Assembly: GCF_015706575.1 (NCBI RefSeq)
Contig: NW_024037076.1
Location: forward strand, 22,669,286 to 22,733,285
Direction of reading: 5' to 3'
Source of the DNA: Patiria miniata
Lineage: Eukaryota
DNA length: 64,000 nt
The position numbers were made by a program, and so were the translations under genes. Below the pieces are notes generated by a model, which was not told the origin of the DNA, did no database searches, and saw only the letters and a list, made by a program, of their open reading frames with translations. Shown piece by piece: positions 10,883 to 21,394 of this stretch (its first letter is position 1; every line of letters starts with the position of its first letter).

Positions 10883-11146
10883 CTATTTCTTGTCCTTGGG
10901 TACCCTTCCCATCAAATAGAACTCTTTATTGGGTCTCATATCAGTAAGATGAGCCATGCGATTAGACATTGCAAAAAATGCAGCTATAGCTCCAATGTCC
11001 CAAGCATCTTCACGATCCAAGCCGTGTGCTTCGAGTTTCTTGAAATGTTCCTCGGTGATTGTCTCTGACTTGCAGACAGCGATTGCAAACTCAACAATCG
11101 CTCGTTGTCTTGGATCCAACTCTGCACACTCCCAATTGGCAGCAAC
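10883..11146 (-). CDS. AhpD/carboxymuconolactone-decarboxylase (CMD) family 'peroxidase-related' protein, last exon
   Basis: Translates VAANWECAELDPRQRAIVEFAIAVCKSETITEEHFKKLEAHGLDREDAWDIGAIAAFFAMSNRMAHLTDMRPNKEFYLMGRVPKDKK*. This is a second CMD half-domain. Acceptor ctcag|GTTGCT. Confidence 0.75.
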   Translation of the reverse strand, partial: VAANWECAELDPRQRAIVEFAIAVCKSETITEEHFKKLEAHGLDREDAWDIGAIAAFFAMSNRMAHLTDMRPNKEFYLMGRVPKDKK

Positions 11147-11541
11147 CTGAGCAATATGGAGATTAGCTTCAACTTTAATACAGACCTGCTCTTGTCAAGA
11201 TTTCCACATACCGAGCATTTTTAAAGGCTCTGATTTATACCAAGTTATCATGACGCAGTGGACATACTTGGATCCTGAATTTTCTTACAGGAGTAACCAA
11301 ACATAGATCCGTAACACAGAAAAAACAAGAGTTATGTTCCTTCATACGTGTAGTGCAGATTTTTATTGATATTTTTCTAATAAAATCTACTGGAAAAAAA
11401 ATGGACTTATTGTCAGCCACTACATGTAGGTTTCACTTTCAGCAAATAAAGGGTCTTTTTTGTTTTAGTAATTGAACACCCATTCCAACTTAAACTTTAC
11501 CAATCTAAGAAAGTATTAATAATTTTTGAAGTTGTTCTTAC

Positions 11542-11772
11542 CTGGTCAGCTAGGGTAGGATTCTTGGAGTAGATCCTGAACAGTGCCGAGTGTGATATAA
11601 CGCAATACAAGCAGTTATTGACGGAGCTGGTTGCCACAACAATCATCTCTTTATCTGCTTTAGTGAGGGATCCTGTCTCTTTGGCCATGAGTGCATCATA
11701 ATACATGAAGAAGGCACGGAATTCATCAGGCCGATGGGCGAGTGCTTGGAAGACATTTGGTACAAAGCCAGA
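11542..11772 (-). CDS. AhpD/CMD-family protein, middle exon with catalytic CxxCxxxH motif
   Basis: Translates SGFVPNVFQALAHRPDEFRAFFMYYDALMAKETGSLTKADKEMIVVATSSVNNCLYCVISHSALFRIYSKNPTLADQ. CLYCVISH is the AhpD-core C-x-x-C-x-x-S/x-H signature. Boundaries tttcag| and cag|gtaaga. Confidence 0.75.
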
Positions 11773-12083
11773 CTGAAAGGAAGATATTCATGTAAAATGT
11801 TAACAACAACCCTTGAATGTGTTGGAAACCAGTTCACCCAGAAGTTAGACTGGTCTCTGCCAAACTTTCCTGTACTTAAAACAGGGCAACAATTTTACTA
11901 TTGAAGAGGAAATGTAATTTTTCTTTTGGAAAAAGAACTTGAAGACATTAAAATTGGGAGCATTTCAAGGGGAACTAAGGCCAGGACCTTGGAAACGAAA
12001 CTCCAAATCTGATGTTTACATTATATTTTAAGTTTACATTTAAAAATTTATCTGGGATACATGAAGATTATTAATCCCAATAC

Positions 12084-12230
12084 CTTCTCTGCTACTTCAT
12101 TGATGAGATCTTGCATATCTTGTGGGAGTTCATCCTGATTAGGAACAGGATAACGACTGATTGGATACTCTGCTTCACTGCAATACCCTCGGTTTACAAT
12201 GGCAACAGGCTTTGCAAAGTTTAGGGATAC
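12084..12230 (-). CDS. AhpD/CMD-family protein, upstream internal exon (start-codon exon not resolved)
   Basis: Acceptor ttttacag|GTATCC, donor gagaag|gtattg. Translates VSLNFAKPVAIVNRGYCSEAEYPISRYPVPNQDELPQDMQDLINEVAEK in 147 nt. The ATG-bearing exon lies further upstream and was not identified. Confidence 0.6.
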
Positions 12231-12663
12231 CTGTAAAATACAAAATCAGGTCGTAAGCAAACTTTGATGAAAGCATACAGTCCAATTTATCAAGTTTGGT
12301 TAGTTTTAGTTATTTTAAGCTGAGGTGAGGGGCCTACTTGTTTCATTATTTGCAAGTGAAACAAAAATAACTTGAAACTCAAAACCAATTTAAGATTGGC
12401 AGGAAGCACCTGCATGATTTTATACAACACTGCCATCACAGCACAGGGAATGATTTGGAAAGAATTCCATACATGGACAACTTGCAAGTGTTTTCTCAGT
12501 AAATGCTTAAATATTTTCTCAGCTAAATTTGAATTTTTAGCACATGTTATTTCTTTCTGATGGTTGATAGGTCATTGCAGGGAAAAATTAGTGATGGCCA
12601 TATGGAATTCTTTCCCAAATGTGTTCCCTCCGTCTAGTCTAACTAGCTGACTCGTTAGTTGTT

Positions 12664-14470
12664 AAAGGGAATATACATCATTTGCTTTTGCTGTAATTTT
12701 CAAAAATGGATGGATTTGGGGGGTTGGTAATATATAGCAAATATTGTTACACTGACTTTTTTGACGTTTTGGGTTCGTAGATGCTTGAAAACCAGGAAAA
12801 ACAATATTGTTCCTGTAGTCTGGTTCCCTGACTCCATTTAAGATGAAACGGAGCAATTTATAGACATTGGGGAATTGTAAGGTTAGGGAACCAGTCTAGC
12901 TGGCTTGTACCTGTTTATAGGTGTGTAATCGATTTCAAACAAATGCGGACTAACTAAATATGGTCAATTGGGGCCAGAATTTGAAAAAAGCCAGTTTTTT
13001 CGAACGGTGGTCGGCCGACCAGCGTTGGAAATTGATACAAAAATACCACTTTTCTTAAAAATGACAGTAGGCCCTACACCAGATGCCATGATTTTACAGG
13101 ATGCTTAAGACTGTCATTCACTAACAGTCCGGCAAGGTATTTCGAAATAATTTGGTAGTTTTATTTTTGATGTTTGCAAATGTTGTATTTTCTCTTTAAA
13201 GGGAATATACATCATTTGCTTTGGCTGTAATTTTCAGAAATGGATGGAATTGGGGGGTTGGAAATATATAGCAAATATAGTTACACTGACTTTTTTGAGG
13301 TTTTGGGTTCAAAAATGCTATAAAAACCAAGAAAAACAATCATTTTCCTGTAGTCTGGTTCCCTGACTCCATTTAAGAAGAAACAGAGCAGTTTACATAC
13401 ATTGGGGAATTGTAAGGTCAGGAAACCAGTCTAGCTGGCTTGTACCCGTTCATAGGTGTGTAATCGATTGCAAACAAGTGCGATGGTCAACTGGGGCCAG
13501 TATTTGAAAAAAAGCCAGTTTTTTCCAACGCTGATCGGCCGATCAGCGTACTCCTAGAACTATGAGGCTCCACGTAGTGGAGCCTCATAGGTTCAGAAGC
13601 CCGCAAAATTGTTGTCAGCACAAAACACTAATTAAGTACAAAAACGTCCATCCCAAGCAGGCCGTTTTCCACAGAACCGCTGCACAGTTTGCCCCTAAAC
13701 TCCATACAATACCTCATGACATACTCACGTTATGTGCACCCAACAAACATCGGTGGATTCTGTCTGTTTTTCGGCAAAAATGATGAAAAATATGCCCTTT
13801 CTGCACTGAGCCAACCTAACACTTGAAACGAGCACGCGTGCAGAATGATCGCAGTTATTTTCGGTTCGATCGCTCGGAGCGCGCCGCGGGGGGTATGGTG
13901 TAGGAGCGGAACGATAGTATGCACATGCGTACAAGTGCAAGTACGTACCCCCCGCGGCGCGCTCCGAGCGATCGAACCGAAAATAACTGCGATCATTCTG
14001 CACGCGTGCTCGTTTCAAGTGTTAGGTTGGCTCAGTGCGGAAAGGGCATATTTTTCATCATTTTTGCCGAAAAACAGACAGAATCCACCGATGTTTGTTG
14101 GGTGCACATAACGTGAGTATGTCATGAGGTATTGTATGGAGTTTAGGGGCAAACTGTGCAGCGGTTCTGTGGAAAACGGCCTGCTTGGGATGGACGTTTT
14201 TGTACTTAATTAGTGTTTTGTGCTGACAACAATTTTGCGGGCTTCTGAACCTATGAGGCTCCACTACGTGGAGCCTCATAGTTCTAGGAGTACGATCAGC
14301 GTTGGAAATTGATACAAAAATACCACTTTTCTTGAAAATGACAGTATACCAGGTGCCGTGATTTTACAGGATGCTTTACACTGTCATTCACTAACAGTCC
14401 AGCAAGGTATTTCAAAATGATTTGGTAGTTTTATTTTTTGATGTTTGCAAATGTTGTATTTTCCCTTTAA
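12664..14470. repeat. Two tandem copies of a ~534-bp unit, the second interrupted by the foldback element
   Basis: Copy 1 spans 12664-13197. Copy 2 spans 13198-13548 and resumes at 14293-14470. Identity is about 90% (GGGAATATACATCATTTGCTTT...TGTATTTTC[T/C]CTTTAAA). Confidence 0.7.
13549..14292. mobile_element. Foldback (long perfect palindrome) element with 9-bp TSD CGATCAGCG
   Basis: A 744-bp element begins TACTCCTAGAACTATGAGGCTCCAC and ends GTGGAGCCTCATAGTTCTAGGAGTA. The arms (~345 bp) are near-perfect reverse complements around a ~54-bp central loop near 13900-13950. CGATCAGCG sits on both flanks (13540-13548 and 14293-14301). The unduplicated copy 1 of the host repeat shows the empty site. 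Confidence 0.75.
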
Positions 14471-15324
14471 ATGCCATCGACTAGCTGTTATGATCATGCC
14501 GCGCCTTTGCTTTGCACGCCCACTGTTGACTGTGTCTGCTGCCCCCTATCGACAACCAATTATTATATTAAGGCCAAATTTTAGCTCATTTTTTAATTGC
14601 TGAAATTCAACTACTAAAATAGCCTTGCATGCGATATTCATTTATCGAAACTACCTTCGGCACCCAGCTGATGTTTTGTCCATTTTTACAGTGGTTAATT
14701 GATGACAAGACCGACAACTGAGACTTGGAATTCCTGCACAGCTGACGGCAAAAAATTGAGAACATGTGAGCCGCCATGTTGATTTTGGTCTGGTTTCCTA
14801 CTCATTCTTTGGTGTAGCCTTTAGGTACGTTTTATGTCAGTGGATCCAGACTGTAACATTCGTCAACATTTTGCACGCGATCACCGCGCACCGGACCGAA
14901 ATGATGGCGAGTTCTCTCTTTTGCAAGATTATGCCGAGGGGTTTGAAGGTAAAGAAGCCCATTGTGCATGTTTGCAATATTTATGTGGATTTTCCGGAAT
15001 ATCTTTACTTTCGATGTTTTCTATCATCGAAAACTGCTCTGTCGATATGTCTGTATGTCTGTCTTACTTGTCTGTCCGCACGTAATGTGTTTTATTTCTC
15101 CATGGTCTGACCGTCTGACATGTCAGATCAGTGTGTCAGTCCATGGAGGAATAAGAACACACCCTCCATGGTCAGTCTCAGCATAGGCCCTAGAGCAAGG
15201 AACTCGGAATATCATTTGATTTTAAGATTTTCAGTGTGCCATGTGTGTAGAAACTGCTTTAGTAGTAAGACTACTATCATGACTATGGGGGAAATGATCC
15301 ATTGTTTTTTTTTTTAGTAGATTC

Positions 15325-16732
15325 TAGGCCTGTGCGACTAGTGTGACTAGTCGCCTAGTCGCCAATACTAAAAAGTATTGGTAGTCGGGACTATCAATTT
15401 CTGAATAGTCGACTAGTCGTGTGACGTGACTAGTCGCGACTACTGAAAGTAGTCGTGACTACTGAAAGTAGTCGTGACCATTGAAATTCACTAGTCACCC
15501 ACACCTGGAAGGGGGGTCAGACAAGTCGACCGTTGAGACAACTCGACTCGGGACAAGTCGACCGTTGAGACAACTCGACCGTTGAGACAACTCGACCGTA
15601 TGTGCGATAAATGGAAAGACAAGTCGACCGTTGAGACAAGTCGACCGTTAAGACAAGTCGCCGCCTCGCATGTTTTTGTTGCTAGTTTTGGGGATAGTCG
15701 CGGGGATTTTGACGGCGGCTGATCGCCGTTTGGGAGTGATGACACATGAGTTGTTTTTTTGTTGTTGGATATAACCATGATAACAGAGCCGATATAGCGC
15801 AGCCGGGCCTGTGCGCGCACTTATCCCCGGTCAGCGTCGGCCGTACCGTGCACGGTGACATCGTTTATGCCGGGCCTGTGCGCCCACTTGCCGCCCCGGT
15901 CGACGTGCCCGCGTGCCGGGCCGGGCCCGGTCCTCGCTGGCGGGGCGCGCCGGCCCGACGCGACGGCCACCGGATTGGAACGCCCTCTGTGCATCAAGTA
16001 TGCCCGCGCCGCGTCCGGGATCGCAACATTTTCCCGCTCCACGTGTATACATTTCCGCTAAGTCGAGCTGTCTCAACGGGCGAGTTGTCCCGAGTCGAGT
16101 TGTCTCAACGGGCGACTTGTCTCAACGGTCGACTTGTCCCGAGTCGAGTTGTCTCAACGGTCGACTTGTCTGACATCCTGAAAATGTGTGATCCAAGTAC
16201 ATGTAATTAAAAACGGCCCAATAAAGATGCTTAAGGAAGAAAGATTTAATAGTAACATTAAACAATGACAGAACATGAATGCCAAGTTCAGAGGCAATGC
16301 ATATTTTCTAATGTGATCACTCACAACTGAGTAAATCGGGGTTATCCCTACAAAGTACAATGAATGATGTAGTACTCACATGACACATGTGATTCCGTCA
16401 TTACTTTGCAAGCGTACATGTATCAAAGGCTTTATGCTTTTGTAGTACGCAGACTTTACTTTACACGATATTTAATTATAATAATCAATTCTGTCAAAAT
16501 ACCCCTAAACAATATGAAACCGTCTGATCACGACAAACTGACCTCCTTGTTTTTTTCTGGCCCACATGCTCATTGCACATGCGCAGACCGATATATTAGA
16601 TGTACTGCTGCACTGATTAGAGGTGTTTCTTGATAAATAAATAATGTGTTACTAGTCGCGACTAGTCCACTAGTCGTGACTATTTATCGCAACTAGTCGC
16701 GACTATTGAAATTCACTAGTCGCCCAGGCCTA
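15325..16732. mobile_element. hAT-like non-autonomous DNA transposon (8-bp TSD GTAGATTC)
   Basis: Terminal inverted repeats TAGGCCTGTGCGACTAGTG...CACTAGTCGCCCAGGCCTA. GTAGATTC flanks both ends (15317-15324 and 16733-16740). The subterminal region carries GACTAGTCG repeats. Internal tandem GACAAGTCGACCGTTGAGACAA repeats (15520-15660) recur inverted at 16060-16180. A GC-rich core spans 15780-16060. There is no transposase ORF. Confidence 0.65.
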
Positions 16733-16969
16733 GTAGATTCACGTAAATAATTTATGCTATCCTTGACCTTGTGGATGGCAGTATTAATTATTATTGGCAT
16801 ATTATAAAATAACACAAAATTGATGATAAACAATAAACATGATATTGCATTTGTTAAATGACGAGGAAGGAAAAGTAAAAAACAAAAAATAAAAATTAAA
16901 ACTAAAATAAAAACTAAAACTAAAACAAAAACACTAAAGAACTACTAATGCGGTATATTGTTTTCACAG

Positions 16970-17029
16970 TTACCCTCATGCCACCTGGTCCGAACTCTAA
17001 CAACCAGTCAAGTTTGTCATAAACCTGTG
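16970..17029 (+). CDS. IDH3B: IDH3B candidate upstream exon (mitochondrial presequence region)
   Basis: Acceptor ttttcacag| and donor ctgtg|gtaagt. Translates LPSCHLVRTLTTSQVCHKPV in phase 0, joining in frame to APAAQPD.. at 17585. It resembles the presequence region of IDH3B. The ATG exon was not found. Confidence 0.4.
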
Positions 17030-17584
17030 GTAAGTTGTATAGGCAAGTGTATATGTGTATGTTGTTGAAGATGGACACTGTTTAAGATATGTTATGTTGT
17101 GTGCGCAAAAACAAATCCAGTTCTCTTCCTGCCACGAAATTGTTCAGTGGTCAACATACAGAGAATAAAGTGTTTTTTATCTTGAGTGAAATTCTTTTTT
17201 TTTCCGGTTCTTAGCAGGCATTTAAGTTCAGTTTTGATTGCTTGCATAAAACTGTATTTTCTTTTTGTCTCAGACTGTTTCTTTACTTTACTGGTTTTTT
17301 TTTTTTTTTTTTTTGGTAGGTCGTGCAGTTTCGTTCTATATAAGAGAACGAAGAGACACTTTTGTGTTTTTGGACGTAATACCTAAACATTTCGCAATGA
17401 TACAAGCAGGAAAAGTCACTGGATGTGTCTGGAATCATCCATATAGTTTGCTACGATACCATGTTGAGTATCTGCTAGCTTAATGTTGTGGAAATAGCCA
17501 ATGGGACAGGGTTTTGATTTATGAACCGAAATTTTATGTGTCTTCAACTTGTTTTAGTAATCACATTTTTCTATTTTTGTTCAG

Positions 17585-17724
17585 GCCCCGGCAGCCCAAC
17601 CAGACACTAAGAGAACTGTCACATTAATCCCAGGAGATGGAGTTGGTCCTGAACTCATGTTATCTGTCAGGGAAGTGTTCAAGAATGCTGGAGTGCCGGT
17701 AGACTTTGAGGAATTATTTGTCAG
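17585..17724 (+). CDS. IDH3B: NAD-isocitrate dehydrogenase subunit beta exon
   Basis: Translates [46 protein letters not shown], matching the IDH3 N-terminal motif TxIPGDGIGPE. Confidence 0.85.
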
Positions 17725-17939
17725 GTATGCTGTGCCCTTTGAGTAATTCACTGGAAATTCAGAACTGAAATGTGGCTGTGGTCTAAGGCCAGGTCCAGTA
17801 CTTAGCTATTGCTCGCAAAAAGTATGTACCTTTGCAAGTGGTTCAACACACTTCCCATAGACATATGTGTTACTGTCGGCCATAGTCAGGTTATTCAGAT
17901 GTGAACTCATTTTGTAAACACTGTTGTTTTCCTCCACAG

Positions 17940-18077
17940 TGAGGTGCAGGTAGGGAAGAGTGCCACCATTGCTGAAGTGATAGATTCCTTCAAGAGGAAC
18001 CAAGTTGCACTGAAAGGAATCATTCATACACCCTGGGGAGGAGGTGGTGAACTACAGACACTCAACATGAAAATCAG
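17940..18077 (+). CDS. IDH3B: IDH3B exon
   Basis: Translates SEVQVGKSATIAEVIDSFKRNQVALKGIIHTPWGGGGELQTLNMKIR. Confidence 0.85.
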
Positions 18078-18249
18078 GTTTGATAACAGTCAACTCTCTG
18101 TATGTTTTTGTAATGGAGGCCATCACTAGAATTTCAAGACCTTCTTGAGTAACTTCATCTTCAAGATTGAAATGTGTTCTCATTCTTGGTGTTGACAACC
18201 AGAGCAAATAACGTCTTTGATTTTAACCAAACCTTTGTTTTTCTTGCAG

Positions 18250-18382
18250 ACGAGAATTAGACCTCTTTGCCAATGTTGTCAGATGTCGCACTTTACCTGG
18301 AATTCAGACAAGACATACTGATCTAGACTTTGTTGTCATACGTGAACAAACAGAAGGAGAATATAGTGCACTTGAACATGAG
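18250..18382 (+). CDS. IDH3B: IDH3B exon
   Basis: Translates [45 protein letters not shown], matching human IDH3[20 protein letters not shown]...[16 protein letters not shown]. Confidence 0.9.
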
Positions 18383-18639
18383 GTAATCTTACAATATCTG
18401 TGTTTGACTCTGTGCCTTGCATTTGTGTTGGGTCTGAAGTGCCATTATATTATCCTCTGATTAACTGCATCACCGACTGAGACTCTGAGTATGAATAATG
18501 TCCTGAACTGAGACTTGAGGGTCCAGCTCGGCTACGCTAGCCTAGTCTTGTTGATAGACAATATTCTAGATCATTGAAAAGATTTCTCATTGTTAATTTG
18601 TACTTATGCTTGCTGGTCACACTTATTATTACATTTTAG

Positions 18640-18773
18640 AGTGTTCCTGGTGTGGTAGAATGCCTGAAGATCATTACAAGAGCTAACTCCCTGCGGATTG
18701 CCAAGTTTGCCTTTGATTATGCCAGAAGAAATGATCGTCAGAAGGTAACTGCTGTACACAAGGCAAACATCAT
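18640..18773 (+). CDS. IDH3B: IDH3B exon
   Basis: Translates [45 protein letters not shown]. The IDH3B-specific motif SVPGVVE...AKFAFDYA is present. Confidence 0.9.
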
Positions 18774-19034
18774 GTGAGTTTACTGCTCAATCTATGATCT
18801 TCTTTGATGTAATACTTCATATAATACTCCATCATATAGTTTCCAATTGTTTATTTTTACTTTTTCTTTTAAGTAGTCCAGAGAATGTTTAAGTATATTT
18901 TCTTGTCCAGAAATTTGTCATTAATCAGGGTCAGGATATCATATGGAGCCCTTTGATTTGGCAAAATAAAATGTTATTACAAATCCTAATATTATTATGT
19001 TGATTTTTACAACTCCTTCTTTTCATCCTTCTAG

Positions 19035-19284
19035 GAAACTTGGGGATGGTCTCTTTCTTGAAAGTTGTCGTCAGATCTCCACTTTGTATCCCAAGATTCA
19101 GTTTGAGGCTATGATTGTTGACAACTGTTGCATGCAGCTAGTGTCTAACCCTCATCAGTTTGATGTGTTGGTCACTCCAAACCTCTACGGCAACATTGTT
19201 GATAACTTAGCGGCTGGTCTGGTTGGTGGGGCTGGAGTGGTTCCTGGCGAAAGCTTCTCATCAAAATACGCAATATTTGAACCT
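19035..19284 (+). CDS. IDH3B: IDH3B exon
   Basis: Translates [83 protein letters not shown]. Confidence 0.9.
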
Positions 19285-19647
19285 GTAAGTTTATGCAGAA
19301 TTGTATACATTATCTAACTGCAAGCGCAAGCCTGTAGAAGAATTGGCTGAAAAGTTACATTTTTTAACTGCTAGTTAAAATTTCTATCAATCAAACAATA
19401 AATAGTTCAAATATCTTAATTCTAGATTTAAGGGCTTTTGATCATTTTGTCGATGTGTTTCAGATACTATCATTGCTGTCCACTTTTGCTACTTTTCTGC
19501 TATTAGTAGCAGTTAGCTCCATTTGTGAATTTCCTGTAGTTACATTTCATTTCACTGACTCAGTTTATAGATCTTTCTGTTGATATTAGATGTGTTGATA
19601 GATAGGTTCATTATTAATAATTTGTATTTTTTCCTTGGACTGATCAG

Positions 19648-19742
19648 GGTGCTAGACATACCTTCTCTCAAGCTGTTGGTCGTAACATTGCCAATCCCAC
19701 AGCTATGCTGCTTTGTGCTGCCAACATGCTCAAACATCTTCA
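19648..19742 (+). CDS. IDH3B: IDH3B exon
   Basis: Translates [31 protein letters not shown]. Confidence 0.85.
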
Positions 19743-20199
19743 GTAAGTATCAAGTACAAATCACTCTTTGATTTTGTTTCTTGCCCAAAGATTTTACAAC
19801 AACCCATTCTAATTTCAGTATTGATGCACACTCAATAGTGCCATACGATTGGTCAAACACTTTGCTCAAAGGATCAGGATATCCTCAGTCAAACCATATT
19901 TTTCCAAGACTTTTTTTTCCCATTCAGTTTATCAAAATTCTTAGATGAATGATTAAGACTAATTTTGTGAATGATTTCTTAGTCTTAGTTTAAATTAAGA
20001 TCTGGTTAAGTTTGCCTGTATCAATATGGAGTTGGTGAGTAGAGATAATGTGTTGTATGGACTTAAAATACCTTCACTGCCAACAAAATGTATCAACCTT
20101 TGTTAATTGAATACAAATGTATACCCATGAAATGTTTCCAACTTAATCCCTCAAGTCAAACATCTAAAGTTGTCTTTTCATTGAATGACTAAATTACAG

Positions 20200-20260
20200 C
20201 CTGGATTCACATGCCAAGCTTATTCAGACTGCAGTGGAATCGGTTCTCAAAGCAGGCAAG
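20200..20260 (+). CDS. IDH3B: IDH3B exon
   Basis: Translates HLDSHAKLIQTAVESVLKAGK. Confidence 0.8.
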
Positions 20261-20895
20261 GTAAGTCACATACAACTCTTGACTATATGTTTGTTCTTTT
20301 GGTCATCATTATCTCCACTGGTAGAGGGTAGGAGGCTGAAACTCGTGTAAATTTACACACAATTCAAGGGTGAGATTTTTTTCATGATTAGAAGTTTTCA
20401 TCTTGTATTTCCCCCCTTTCTGTGGGAAAGATTTATGTGAAAGAATTGCAATGGGTAGTTTTTAGGAGTGCCTATGTAGGCAAATAGTACATATAGATAG
20501 ACCCTGTGTTGCTCTTTGGAACCACCAAATATATTTCATTCCTTTTTATGTCCCTCCAAATCTTACCCCTGACAATTATCTATGTTGTGTGTGATACATG
20601 CACTATACTCTGCAGTATGAGTCATTTGGTTGATGACATGCAAGCTTAGAGATCATTAAAAAAATTCCAGAAAGTTCAAGGTGTCAGCAGGAATTCTTCC
20701 ATTGTCCCAGTTTTTTTTCTTGGTGCCCACTGAAATATTTCCATAGCCATTATGATCAGTTAAGTACCCTTTTTTGTAGCAATAAATTATGATGGTTGAC
20801 TCGGATCAAAATGAGCTGGATGTAGAGTAAATGATTGTTCTCTGTATGCAAGAAAACATTTTTATTGCTCTGTTCATTATTTTATTCAATCCAAG

Positions 20896-20970
20896 GTACG
20901 CACACAAGACATGGGTGGATATGCTACAACAAGCGAGTTCACTAATGCAGTCATGAATAATCTGAGGTAA
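20896..20970 (+). CDS. IDH3B: IDH3B last coding exon
   Basis: Translates VRTQDMGGYATTSEFTNAVMNNLR, ending at TAA 20968-20970. Human IDH3B has VRTRDMGGYSTTTDFIKSV. Confidence 0.85.
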   Translation, partial: VRTQDMGGYATTSEFTNAVMNNLR

Positions 20971-21394
20971 AAAGCTGCAATAGATGTATTGATAGACAAC
21001 AAGAAAACACAAGAAAATTGGTCGTTTCAGTTGATATATATATTACACATATATACATATGTGCATTCATATTTATAATCATCAAACCCTCTGTTTGATT
21101 TGCCAAAGTTACAAGTTAATTCAGTTAATTCTATTAATCATCTACTTAAGATTGATAAAAGCAAATTGGGTGCTAAACAGTTCAGGAATGTTTGAAAAAA
21201 TGTGATACGAAACATTTATCTTAGGAAGCAATATGCATTTAAAAATGTGTAGCCACCATTACAATAGGTAAACAGAAAACAGATATGACATATGGGAAAG
21301 ATCTTTTTGGGATGCAAAATAATTTTTGCATTTTTTTATCTCTGTATTCTATATATGTTTTGGATATTGAATAAATATAGACCATTTTTAAAGG

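Noticed and set aside
13562-14279. Mirror-image ORF pairs (73 aa with 73 aa, 97 aa with 65 aa, 88 aa with 88 aa) encoding identical or near-identical peptides on opposite strands.
   Set aside because: They are a direct consequence of the perfect palindromic arms of the foldback element and do not indicate coding sequence.
14766-15317. Four overlapping plus-strand ORFs (65-114 aa) between the foldback and hAT elements.
   Set aside because: The region is low-complexity (GTCTG/TGTC-rich). The ORFs overlap each other in different frames and lack splice signals or homology.
15746-16210. GC-rich ORFs (154 aa, 86 aa, 81 aa) rich in Arg, Pro and Ala.
   Set aside because: They lie inside the non-autonomous hAT-like element's GC-rich core and inverted subrepeats. 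They overlap in all frames and on both strands, which is typical of GC-rich non-coding sequence.
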